Positions 54,004 through 63,347 of a stretch of 64,000 bases of DNA are shown here, piece after piece (positions within the stretch are counted from its first letter, which is position 1; every line of letters begins with the position of its first letter). The notes under the pieces were generated by a model. The model saw only the letters and a program-made list of their open reading frames with translations, did not search any database and was not told where the DNA came from. The position numbers and the translations under genes are program-made. This DNA is from an uncultured bacterium (GTDB taxonomy: Bacteria; Patescibacteriota; Minisyncoccia; UBA6257; 2-01-FULL-56-20): the NCBI GenBank assembly GCA_963844965.1, contig CAWJQC010000006.1:1-64000 (forward strand). The letters are read 5' to 3'.

Positions 54004-54867
54004 TCACGCAGCTATGGGATACTCAATTTCCTTAGGCAGCAACCCGACCAAAGCCAAGTCGGACCTAATCTCCCCGATAATATCATCATCGGGACGGCCG
54101 TCATTTACCACAACGGCTTTCTTCAACAGGGCATCCTCTTGACCGGGGAAAATCCTAATTGACCGATTAAAAATTTTGGCGGCCCAAACTGACGATTTGA
54201 CCTGGTAAATTATTCTTCCGACAGATTCGCCAGCTTCCCTCTTGACGCTCCATTTCAAACTAACATCTTCGCCATAGTGGTCGCTGATATCGATCTTGCC
54301 TTTCTTTGGACGATGCCTGCCGGAACGCACGCACTCCATCCACAAAACACCGGGCAGAAGTTCCTTAATTGAAGCAAGAAGCCGCTCCGCCAAACGATGA
54401 AATCTCTCCTCGTTGCGGTCGCCTTTCTCGTTCGCCTTGCGCAAACGCCTTAATACGCCCTTCTTACGAATACGAACCCTTGGAGTGTGAAGAATGTTCC
54501 GATTAGCAGAATGACCATAAGAACTCGGCCTATCTGGTGGCGGCGGCGCAACGACTTTTTCTGGTTCGGTTTGAGGCGGCGATGGTTCGACTCGCAGAGA
54601 TTCCTTTTTTACATCTGCGTTTGGTTTGACGACCATCACGCCGACCAGAACACCCCTCGCGTTGTATCTGCACTGAACTTTTCCGCTTTGTTCCAATACC
54701 CTGATGATAAACGCAGAGCGCCGTCTGCCGGTATTAATCGGCCAACCAAAATTATCGAGAAGCATATCACTCAGGCACTTGAGCGGATTTTTCAAATATT
54801 CGCCGGCATGCGCACTCAAATAAACTAAAACCGCGGCTCGTTCTTTATCCGGAATCGCATACAGCAC
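54004..54867 (-). CDS. Hypothetical protein
   Basis: ORF only. Confidence 0.5.
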   Translation of the reverse strand: MLYAIPDKERAAVLVYLSAHAGEYLKNPLKCLSDMLLDNFGWPINTGRRRSAFIIRVLEQSGKVQCRYNARGVLVGVMVVKPNADVKKESLRVEPSPPQTEPEKVVAPPPPDRPSSYGHSANRNILHTPRVRIRKKGVLRRLRKANEKGDRNEERFHRLAERLLASIKELLPGVLWMECVRSGRHRPKKGKIDISDHYGEDVSLKWSVKREAGESVGRIIYQVKSSVWAAKIFNRSIRIFPGQEDALLKKAVVVNDGRPDDDIIGEIRSDLALVGLLPKEIEYPIAA

Positions 54868-54960
54868 ACGACACCTCCGAAACTATAAGCTACCGACATC
54901 TTATCATAAACTAACTACTGCGTCAAGCCGGCTGGCTGGGCTAGACCGTGCCGTGCCAAC

Positions 54961-57135
54961 CACTATTGCAATTGTTTTATGGACAGCCCGATTCTGCCGT
55001 CTTCGTCGGCACGTATTATCTTTGCGCGGACGAAATCGCCCACCTTAACTACTTCGGTGACAGTTTTAACATAGCCGTTTTTAAGTTCGGAAACGTGGAT
55101 CATCCCGTCGCGACCGCCGCCCAAATCCACTATCGCGCCGAAATCCAGGGTTTTTATAACCGTTCCCTCAATGATGTCGCCGATCTTATATTCTTTGGTA
55201 AGCGCCGTGATTTCCGCGACCGCCGCGTCCGCCTTCGCGACATCCGGCCCGAGACGAACACGCCGCCGTCTTCCTCCACGTCAATACTCGTAAGCCCGTA
55301 TTTCGCGATCAAACCGTTGATCATCTTGCCGCCGGGACCGATAAGCGCGCCGATCTTCGACGGATCGATCTTAAGCTGGCGGATTATCGGGACGTACTTT
55401 GACAACTGCGGCCGCGGCTTGGCGATAACGGATCATCATGTATTTCAAGAATCTCAAGCCGCGCTTTCTTCGCCTGCTCAAGCGCTCTTTCCAGCATTTC
55501 GTGCGTCAAACCGTCAACTTTCACGTCCATCTGCAAGGCGTTCACGCCGTCTTCCGTACCAGCAGCCTTCAGATCCATGTCACCGTGATGGTCTTCCGGA
55601 CCCTGGATGTCGGTCAAAATCTTATATATATCCTTTCCGCCAAAGGCGGATCCGCCTTTGGCGGACATCATTAGCCCCATTGCCGTGCCCGCCGCCGGTT
55701 TTTTTATCGGCACACCAGCGTCCATAAGCGACAGAATGGAAGCGCAAACGGTCGCCATTGACGACGAACCGTTTGAGGACAAAATTTCGGAAACAACGCG
55801 GATCGTGTATGGAAATTCTTCTTTAGGAGGTATAAGGGGCTCAATTGCTTTACGCGCCAAATTGCCGTGGCCGATCTCTCTCCTGCCCGGACCGCGGAAA
55901 GCGCCGATTTCTCCGACCGAATATGGCGGGAAATTGTAATGCAGCATAAAACGCCGCTTGCCGGTCATTTCCATCGTCTCTATGAACTGCTCCTGCCCCG
56001 GAGGAGCGAGTGTCGTTATCCCCAAAGCATGCGTGTTTCCCCGCATGAATAAGGCCGACCCGTGCGTGCGCGGGAAAAGCCCGACTTCGGCGTTAAGTGC
56101 GCGTACTTCATCAAGCCGCCTGCCGTCGGGACGCTTTTCTTTTTCCAAAATATTCTTGTGGACAAGTTCGTTTATCGCTTCCTCAAATAAATAGTCCGCG
56201 TCCTTGAGGATGTGTTCTTCTCCGCCAAAGGCGAATCCCTGCCCGCCGGCAGGCGTGGCGCCTCTGGCGGAAAAATGCTCTTTGACATGCGCGCGCAATT
56301 CCTCGCGCAGTTTCCCAGTGGCGCCCGAAAATTCAACCTTGGTCTGTCTGTATACCGCTTCCTCAAGTTTGTCCGATAAGAATTTTTTAACCATAACCTT
56401 CAGCGGTTCGTCAAATTCGTGCAATATAAGCCCCTCTTTGGGCTTGCCGATCTCCTTTATTATCTTTTTCTGGAATTCTATCAGCTTGTCGTTCTCTTTC
56501 TGCGCCAGCGCGAACGCCGCGAGTATGTCTTTTTCGCCTGCCTCGTCGCCGCCAAGTTCTATCATGTTTATCCTTCCCAAAGAACCGGCGAGGAAGGCAT
56601 CAAACTTCGGTTTCGTTTCTTTTATTTCCGAATTTGTCGGATTGATGGCGAACCTGTCGCCGAACTGCGCCACGCGGACGCCGGCGACGGGACCTCCCCA
56701 GGGAATGTCGGAAATACCGAGCGCGGTTGAAGCGCCCGCGAGTCCCACGAATTCCGGGTCGTTCTCTTCGTCGTAAGCGAGAACGGTCACGACCACCTGG
56801 ATTTCGCGCCTGATGCGCTGGTCAAAAAGCGGGCGGATCGTTCTGTCAACCGTCCGTCCCGCCAAAATCGCGTCTTCTGACGGCCGTGATTCGCGGCGTA
56901 TGAAACGGCTGCCGATTATTTTTCCGGCGGCGTAAAATCTTTCCTCATAATCCACGCGGAGCGGCATATAATCCGCGTCAATGTCCTCTTTGGACATTAC
57001 AACGGTCGTGAGCACCGCCGTCTCGCCGTACTGTGCCAAAACAGCCGCGTTCGCTTGTTCGGCAATCGGCGAAATTTCAAGCGTCAAAGTTTTACCACCG
57101 ACATCGGTGGTGAATTTTTTGCGTGGTATTGGCAT
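54961..57135 (-). CDS. pnp: Polynucleotide phosphorylase (the KH and S1 domains are in shifted frames)
   Basis: Two RNase PH domains in ORF 55384..57135, a KH domain (IGPGGKMINGL) in ORF 55154..55405, and an S1 domain encoded at 54961-55150. Confidence 0.85.
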
Positions 57136-57150
57136 AATTCAAAAAATTGT

Positions 57151-57714
57151 TTAATTTGATTTTTTTGACTTAAAATAATTACCGATTTTTGATTCGGCAT
57201 CGTCTAGCAACGCCTCGACGGAAGGAAACAGCTCTTCAATCTCTTCACTCTCGTCGGCCACCCACTCTGCCGGTTTTCCATACATTATCTTTGCCTGCAA
57301 ATGTGACATTCCCTCATGTATTGGGTCGAAAAGCGGTGAAAATTTCCAGAAAAACTCCGATGGCGCATCTTTCCACTTATGATAAATTGCATTATATCGT
57401 TGAACTATGGCATCCAATCGTTTCCTGGCGTAGCTTAAGTACTCTTCCTCCGATTTAAGCATCGCTATCTTTCCTTCTAACGAGGGTGTCTGTTTGACAA
57501 CGGGCGGCGCTACCGAAAGTTCATGCGTCAACTCGCCACTCTTGCCACTGATTTTCGCGGTCTCCGCACCTTCTTCCAAGCGCCTTTGCCATTCTTCAAA
57601 CTCCGCACGTTTTTTATCCTTTCTCTGCCTTTCGGCCCCATACTCCTGCTGAACGGCATTCAATTCATTCACGCTCAAATCATTTTCTTTTTTCCCCGCG
57701 CTTTTCCGTTCCAT
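57151..57714 (-). CDS. Hypothetical protein
   Basis: ORF only. Confidence 0.5.
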   Translation of the reverse strand: MERKSAGKKENDLSVNELNAVQQEYGAERQRKDKKRAEFEEWQRRLEEGAETAKISGKSGELTHELSVAPPVVKQTPSLEGKIAMLKSEEEYLSYARKRLDAIVQRYNAIYHKWKDAPSEFFWKFSPLFDPIHEGMSHLQAKIMYGKPAEWVADESEEIEELFPSVEALLDDAESKIGNYFKSKKSN

Positions 57715-57716
57715 GT

Positions 57717-58343
57717 TTAAATCGAAGCTCTCGTGCGCATTATCGCCCGCGGAATTTCCTCTATATTTATGAATTTGTCAGCGGCTTCCTGAAGTTTAGC
57801 AGACGCGCTGCGCTTGAATGCCGCTACTTCAACAAAACGACCCACGCCCCACTTCAGATAATCAATGAGCGGCAAATGATCTCCGTCGCCGGTGACAAGT
57901 ATTATAACATCAAGAAAAGACGACATACGGATGGCGTCAACCGCCATGCCGACATCCCAGTCCGCTTTTTTATAGCCGTCAGCGTAAATCTGAATATCCT
58001 TTAAACGAAGCTCCAAGCCGGCTTTTTCCAGCGCTTCAAAAAATGCCGCCTCGGATGAAAGCGCGTGCTCGCCGTCCGGACGCAAGACAGGCTGGGGTAC
58101 TACGCGGCGCTCCCCCGTAGGCCTGTGGTAAGGCTCAACTCCTTCGCTCTTCACGACATAGGCCAGGGCACGGATAAGCTGGCGGTCGCCCACGAGATAC
58201 TTAATAAGCTCGCTGTAATTTACGCGGCCGTGATAAAGATTCTTCGCGGAGTGGTAAAGATTTTGAACATCAACGAAAATACCGACGCGCTGATTGGAAT
58301 AACTGGGAGTGGACTTCATGCCTTGAGTATAATGCGAAACCAC
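57717..58343 (-). CDS. NYN/LabA-domain (PIN-like) protein
   Basis: GIFVDVQNL ... ILVTGDGD. Confidence 0.65.
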   Translation of the reverse strand: MVSHYTQGMKSTPSYSNQRVGIFVDVQNLYHSAKNLYHGRVNYSELIKYLVGDRQLIRALAYVVKSEGVEPYHRPTGERRVVPQPVLRPDGEHALSSEAAFFEALEKAGLELRLKDIQIYADGYKKADWDVGMAVDAIRMSSFLDVIILVTGDGDHLPLIDYLKWGVGRFVEVAAFKRSASAKLQEAADKFINIEEIPRAIMRTRASI

Positions 58344-58413
58344 GAACTATACATGCGAATTATGCGAAAGGGATTCGCAGCATTCGCATATACATTCGCG
58401 GCATTCGCATTAT
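58332..58413. promoter_or_regulatory. Dyad array of 7-mers: ATGCGAA x3 then TTCGCAT x4
   Basis: Seen directly, between the rpsO 3' end and the start of the NYN gene. Confidence 0.4.
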
Positions 58414-58418
58414 GTTTT

Positions 58419-58684
58419 TTATTTTTTTAAGTCTAATTTTTTAATAAGCTTTTCGTATTCCTTGGGTTGTTTCTTCTTGAGATACGCCAAAAGCCGGCGC
58501 CTGTGACTCACCATCTTTAGAAGCCCGCGCCTTGAGTGGTGGTCCTTCGGATTTTTCTTCAGATGTTTCGCGAGTTCGTCAATCTGGCGGGAGATTACCG
58601 CGATCTGCACCTGTGCGGAGCCGTGTCTTTTTCGTGCGCCCGATGTTCGCTGATTATTTTGGATTTAACACGCTTGGTAAGCAT
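58419..58684 (-). CDS. rpsO: 30S ribosomal protein S15 (frameshift at ~58620, a G-run deletion)
   Basis: [23 protein letters not shown]; the N-terminus [14 protein letters not shown] is in another frame. Confidence 0.8.
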
Positions 58685-58764
58685 TCGGGTATTGCAACTT
58701 CAATCTGTATGTAAATATTATAACCAATTCGTTAAAAATAAACAAAGAAAGTATCGCGCTTATA

Positions 58765-59034
58765 AAAATAGGGAGGGCTCGCGGGCGCTTTAGTGAATTT
58801 GCCATTGCGCGGCGAGCCCTTCGTACATCGATACACACATAAGGGCTGGGGGGGCGGTTCGAATACTAGCCGCCGCCCTGCCCAATCTGCGCGCCTGCTA
58901 ACTCCGCCGAGGCCGCAGATCTACGCGGGGGCTCGGGCCGAGACCGCACCATTATCGGCCATTCTTACGATAATCCCTGGCCGAAAAACAGTCGGCTGCC
59001 GCTGCCCGCCGCAACTTGGATCCGAATCCAAAGA
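58765..59034 (-). ncRNA. Candidate ~270-nt GC-rich structured ncRNA (identity unresolved; weak resemblance to the RNase P RNA CR-II region)
   Basis: A near-consensus promoter sits upstream and a hairpin plus T-run lies at 58765-58830. There is no ORF on this strand. The segment GGGATtATCGTAAG...GGTGCGGT resembles the RNase P motif GGGAUCAGGUAAG..GGUGCGGU. Confidence 0.3.
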
Positions 59035-59041
59035 GCAACTA

Positions 59042-59069
59042 CTTTACCTGCATTATACACGATGGAAAA
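59042..59069 (-). promoter_or_regulatory. Sigma70-like promoter (TTGACA, 16-nt spacer, TATAAT) on the minus strand
   Basis: Revcomp of 59042-59069 reads ttgacaaatattttccatcgtgtataat. Confidence 0.45.
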
Positions 59070-59116
59070 TATTTGTCAAGTGCCAATTTTGTGATAGATG
59101 AAACGCAACTTGTCCC

Positions 59117-59226
59117 CACACCAACGCCATGTGCCGCGGGAGAGATTCGAACTCTCATAGTCTTACGACTGCTGGCTCATACTCGCCCCGTACCGAGCTT
59201 TGCTCCGGTGCGGGGAAGCCAGTGCG
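59117..59226 (-). other. tRNA-like fragment (T-arm GAGAGTTCGAATCTCTC plus a CCGCGGCA 3' end) with an adjacent long hairpin; no complementary 5' acceptor strand found
   Basis: Manual folding attempt failed to close the acceptor stem. Confidence 0.2.
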
Positions 59227-59237
59227 CCACGCACTAA

Positions 59238-59319
59238 ATTTTGCCGGTGCCGAGGGTGGGATTCGGACCCACAACCCTTTCGGGACAGCGTCCTAAGCGC
59301 TGCGCGTATTCCATTTCCG
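59238..59319 (-). tRNA. tRNA-Leu (anticodon TAG), type II
   Basis: Manual fold: acceptor GCCGAGG/CCTCGGC, anticodon stem CAGCG/CGCTG with loop CTTAGGA, variable arm with a CCC-GAAA-GGG hairpin, T-arm GTGGGTCCGAATCCCAC. Confidence 0.7.
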
Positions 59320-59636
59320 CCACCTCGGCAAAATTTAGTGCGGTGTTCCGCCACCGCGACATTTGCGCGGGGATGAACCTGCCTACCAGCAAGCAGGCCC
59401 GCCAACCTGCCCGCACCGCTCCCATCACTGTTTATCTTAAATCCCGCCATCGTTTTATTCAACAACACGGCAGAATTCCGCAACGCCCATAAAAATGCCG
59501 GTGAGATAAAGCTCCATGGGCTTACCTGCGCTTCGCCGAGGCTGCGGCAAGGCGAGCGCCCGTGGTATCTGGAAGCTTTACCCCGCCCCGACCGCGGTCG
59601 GGGCGGGGTATTCAGCGGGGATTTAATATAAAAAAC

Positions 59637-59683
59637 CAAAAGCCCCCTCCGGCGCAAGGCCGAAGGGGGCTTTTTTCTTTTCT
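59637..59683. terminator. Bidirectional intrinsic terminator (gccccctccggcgcaaggccgaagggggc flanked by A/T runs)
   Basis: Seen directly, immediately 3' of the pilin gene at 59707. Confidence 0.6.
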
Positions 59684-59706
59684 GATTTAATCTCTAAATC
59701 AGAAAT

Positions 59707-60048
59707 TTAGCAGCCGGTGAACGAAGCGCCGAGGAAGCTGCCGATGATCAGAGGAACGCCCTTCGCGAGAACGGCGATGACCACGGCGACTACGGCGTAG
59801 ATAAGCGTGCTCGAAGCGCCCTTAACCTTCTCCGGATCGCCAGAGGCAGTCAAATACTTGTAGGCGGCGACGAGTATGAAAACAATCGCCAAAACGACGA
59901 GAAGCGTGAAAAGCCAGTTGACGGCGGTGCAGATAAGCGCGATAAATCCGGTTAAGCTCGTAACGGTCGTCGGCGCTGTCTGTTGGGTCCCGCCACAAAA
60001 GGCAGGGTCAACCCCAAAACCAGCGATTTTATTGACTTCATGTTAAGA
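59707..60048 (-). CDS. VirB2/TrbC-like pilin-family protein (frameshift ~59960; the N-terminal signal peptide is in another frame)
   Basis: C-terminus SGDPEKVKGASSTLIYAVVAVVIAVLAKGVPLIIGSFLGASFTGC; the upstream frame encodes MKSIKSLVLGLTLPFVAG and ICTAVNWLFTLLVVLAIVF. Confidence 0.55.
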
Positions 60049-60131
60049 ATTCGGTATTGACCGGAATAATGTTTTTTTTCGACCTTTCTCCTTATATAAA
60101 AAGCATAGCACAAACCATGCAACACTACAAC

Positions 60132-60518
60132 CTAAGGACATAACGCTACCGCTGCCGAGTTCGCACCAAAGATATTAAGAACAATCAGCGGTACGGATTT
60201 CGCAAGCAATGCCACCACCAAGCCAACCACGGCGTAGGTAAGCATCTTCGTGGCTTCGCTTACTTTGGTCGGGTCGCCGGAAGAGGTCATATACTTATAC
60301 GCCGCGACAAGCACCAAAAGTATGACCAATGCCATGAGAATGTACCACATCCAGAAAGCAACCTCGCAAATCACATTGTCAATAAGCTGATCTGGAGTGC
60401 TATATGTCGGTACGGGAATTACCGATTGTGCGAAAACCTTATTCGCAGAAAGGAGCAGCAACTGGGATAGAAGCAGAACACCATACCGATATTTCACGGC
60501 TGAAAATAAATTTTTCAT
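60132..60518 (-). CDS. VirB2/TrbC-like pilin-family protein
   Basis: SGDPTKVSEATKMLTYAVVGLVVALLAKS. Confidence 0.6.
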   Translation of the reverse strand: MKNLFSAVKYRYGVLLLSQLLLLSANKVFAQSVIPVPTYSTPDQLIDNVICEVAFWMWYILMALVILLVLVAAYKYMTSSGDPTKVSEATKMLTYAVVGLVVALLAKSVPLIVLNIFGANSAAVALCP

Positions 60519-60644
60519 ACAATATTTTTTAACTTTATAACCGGCTGAAACGCTTATTTTCGGCCTTTTACGTTGTCTTTATCATACCACAAACTCCGAG
60601 AATTGCACTGGGGATAAAGGTGCTGCTTAACCTACCGCACCACC

Positions 60645-60992
60645 TCAACAGCCTCCACTGACGCTACTGGCACCGACTATACTGGCGACTATTGACGGGA
60701 CGGACTTCGCGAGAATTGCCACAATGATGCCTGCAGCGGCATAAGCAAGCGTCTTATGCGCCGAACTCACTCTTTCTGCGTTATCGCCGCCGGTAACATA
60801 GAGAAACCCGGCGTAAATTATCATAATCACGGAAAGCGCCATCAGAATGTAAAACATGGCAACGGCGATCGGGCAGAGAATTTTACTGGTAATATCCGAA
60901 ACGCCGCCGCTGAAAGTTATGCCGGAAACGTCGGCATAAGCGCCGCTTACGCCAAAAAGTTTCAGGAAACCGAGAATCAAAACCGGCGACAT
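60645..60992 (-). CDS. VirB2/TrbC-like pilin-family protein
   Basis: GGDNAERVSSAHKTLAYAAAGIIVAILAKS. Confidence 0.6.
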   Translation of the reverse strand: MSPVLILGFLKLFGVSGAYADVSGITFSGGVSDITSKILCPIAVAMFYILMALSVIMIIYAGFLYVTGGDNAERVSSAHKTLAYAAAGIIVAILAKSVPSIVASIVGASSVSGGC

Positions 60993-61092
60993 TATGGTCC
61001 TCGTTTTCGGCGAGTTTCACAATGTAATTAACTATTTTCATAGTCCTTTCCTGCCTATTAATTTTAACACACCGGGCAAGTTATAAAACTAT

Positions 61093-61659
61093 TCACCCCC
61101 CGACCCCGAAAATCGCCTGGATAAGGCTGACCACGCCTTTCGCCGCGAGAACCGCCACAAAACCGATGGCCGCGTAAAGAATCGTGTTCCTGCCGTTCTT
61201 GAACTTTTCCGGATTGCCGCCGGCGGTTATTATCTGGAATCCGCCGTAAAGAACCATAATGGCGACTATGGGAACGGCTATCGTGATCAAAAGGTCAATG
61301 ATCTTATTGGCACAATCCGTGATGGTTGAGCACGCGCCCTGGAGAGGATTGGTAAGCGAGCCGCTGAGAGTCACGTTGCTGCCGGGTGATTGACCACTTG
61401 GCGACTGACCGCTGGGTGATTGACCGCTTGGCGACTGACCGCTGGGTGATTGACCGCCAGGCGTGCTCGCAGTCCATTGGCAAGCACCATTACCACCGAA
61501 AGCGCCAACACACGCACTCTGGGTCGTATAAAGCGTGCAGTTGGCGGACTGACAGTTCGCGCCAGTAGTATCTTGGGTACAAGTACCTCCGCTACACGCA
61601 GCAGTGCATGAAGCGACAGTATAAGAACAGCCACCAGTGCTGCAGTAATATGGCGTCAC
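61093..61659 (-). CDS. VirB2/TrbC-like pilin-family protein with a Cys-rich N-terminal region and a (SPSGQ)5 tandem repeat
   Basis: GGNPEKFKNGRNTILYAAIGFVAVLAAKG; a 15-nt tandem repeat at ~61375-61450. Confidence 0.6.
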   Translation of the reverse strand: MTPYYCSTGGCSYTVASCTAACSGGTCTQDTTGANCQSANCTLYTTQSACVGAFGGNGACQWTASTPGGQSPSGQSPSGQSPSGQSPSGQSPGSNVTLSGSLTNPLQGACSTITDCANKIIDLLITIAVPIVAIMVLYGGFQIITAGGNPEKFKNGRNTILYAAIGFVAVLAAKGVVSLIQAIFGVGG

Positions 61660-62819
61660 GGCGCTACACGTGCCGCCGCTGGTGCCAGCAGGCGATGTTG
61701 TAACACATTCACCGGTAGTAGTATTGCAGTAGGGGGCGTTACTGTATGCAGCGGCGCACTGACTGTTGCTGCTACACCCAACGCATGCATTATTAACGCA
61801 GATGGGCTGGGTCTCGACCGTGCATTTGGTGCTATCAGTGCCACAGCCGCTCGGCGCGGTCGTAACACATTCACCGGTAGTAGTATCGCAGTAGGGAGCA
61901 TTACTATATGCAGCGGCGCACTGACTATTACTGCTACATGCAGAGCATATATTATTGACGCAGATAGGTGCCGTCTCGCTCGTACAAATACACTACTATC
62001 ACCACTGCAACTGGTCGGCGAGGTTGTGACACATTCACCGGTATTAGTATTGCAGTAAGGAGCATTACTATATGCAGCGGCGCACTGACTATTACTGCTA
62101 CACCCAACGCACGTGCCACTAGAGCCACAGATGGGCTGGGTCTCGCTCGTGCATTGACTGCTATCGGTGCAGCTACCGCCGCCGCTGCATTGATTGGTGC
62201 TCGGCAAGCCGGGCGCCAGACAGCCCGAAGAACCATACCAGCCGCATCCCGCACTACAGCAGGTAGGTTGATCAATGCAATTACTGCAACTGGATAAGTT
62301 ACACGAACTGCCGCCGGTGCTCGCATTGCATACTTGCCCGCCGGCGCAACCACTATCGGAGCTGCAGGAGTTGCCAACGCCGCTACTATTGGCGTTATTT
62401 GACAGACAACTGCCAATCTGGGGGGATGCCACCGCGCAAGTGCAACCGACCCCAGTATAACAATTTCCCGCCGGCGAAGCGGAAGCGCAACTGCAAGTAA
62501 CCCCATCAGAATTAGTATTGCATACCTGGCCACCAGCGCAGCCGGAGTCGGTCGTGCAGTTTCCGCCGCCGTTGGATGGGTTGCAAGACACGGAACAATT
62601 ACTATCGGAGTAAGCGTTGGTTCCACAGCCTGCTGGATCTAAACAATTACCGGCCAGACAGTCATCGTTCGTCATGCAACTCGAACCGCAGGCTTCATAG
62701 AACGTACTGGGACAGGCCTGCGCGTGACTTACAGATGGTCGGCCAAAACCGAAAATAAAAGCGGCGATGACCACAAAAGCGAAAATCAGAAGCCGCTTCT
62801 TCATAATTTTATTATACAT
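61656..62819 (-). CDS. Secreted Cys-rich repeat protein (three ~165-nt tandem repeats; frameshifted)
   Basis: Signal peptide; repeated GNCTTDSGCAGGQVCN modules; repeat units start at ~61690, ~61866 and ~62030. Confidence 0.5.
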   Translation of the reverse strand: MYNKIMKKRLLIFAFVVIAAFIFGFGRPSVSHAQACPSTFYEACGSSCMTNDDCLAGNCLDPAGCGTNAYSDSNCSVSCNPSNGGGNCTTDSGCAGGQVCNTNSDGVTCSCASASPAGNCYTGVGCTCAVASPQIGSCLSNNANSSGVGNSCSSDSGCAGGQVCNASTGGSSCNLSSCSNCIDQPTCCSAGCGWYGSSGCLAPGLPSTNQCSGGGSCTDSSQCTSETQPICGSSGTCVGCSSNSQCAAAYSNAPYCNTNTGECVTTSPTSCSGDSSVFVRARRHLSASIIYALHVAVIVSAPLHIVMLPTAILLPVNVLRPRRAAVALIAPNARSRPSPSALIMHALGVAATVSAPLHTVTPPTAILLPVNVLQHRLLAPAAARVAP

Positions 62820-62828
62820 TATTTGGCG

Positions 62829-63347
62829 CTATTCGGGCAGAAACTTAGACCATAGTCCTTGCCAGACAGAGCTTTCGTTAACGAAAGCTGGCACCGTCAG
62901 GGCGACTTTCAATAGGCAGGCCTGCGGCTGCGTAATACCCAGGGCGCTGAGAAAATCAGATTCCGCCCGACTGCGCACTTCGTTGAAAGGATTGTTAAGT
63001 ATAGTGATGAGGAAGCTGCTGTCAGCAGGAAAGTAAAGAATGTGGTAATCTCCGGTGCTTCTGAACAAAACATAATCACCCGCTTCTACTCTCACGGCAT
63101 TTTTATAGGGATTTTTTACTTCCACGCTGCCGTTGGGCGTACCGATGGTAATCGTATCTCCCTCGGGGACGGGGATTGGCGGCGGAGGAGGCGTTGGTGA
63201 CGTGGGCGGGGAAATCGGCGGCAAGCCGCCGGGACCGGTACTTCCGGCAGGAGAGGTCTTGTTCCTGACAACCAAAACGACAACTACTCCGACGACTAGC
63301 ACAAGAAAAATTACCGCTATAATAATTATTCTTCTCGTTTTTAACAT
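62829..63347 (-). CDS. Membrane-anchored Pro-rich hypothetical protein
   Basis: N-terminal TM segment and PPISPPTSPTPPPPPIP. Confidence 0.45.
   Translation of the reverse strand: MLKTRRIIIIAVIFLVLVVGVVVVLVVRNKTSPAGSTGPGGLPPISPPTSPTPPPPPIPVPEGDTITIGTPNGSVEVKNPYKNAVRVEAGDYVLFRSTGDYHILYFPADSSFLITILNNPFNEVRSRAESDFLSALGITQPQACLLKVALTVPAFVNESSVWQGLWSKFLPE

Noticed and set aside
58793-59101. 102-aa plus-strand ORF in the GC-rich region
   Set aside because: Low-complexity; overlaps a promoter-driven minus-strand non-coding transcript candidate.
59330-59640. tmRNA or a second structured RNA between tRNA-Leu and the pilin terminator
   Set aside because: No GGGG 5' end / T-arm-CCA 3' pairing and no tag-peptide reading frame. 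Only GC-rich palindromes, including a 13-bp perfect hairpin at 59586-59613.
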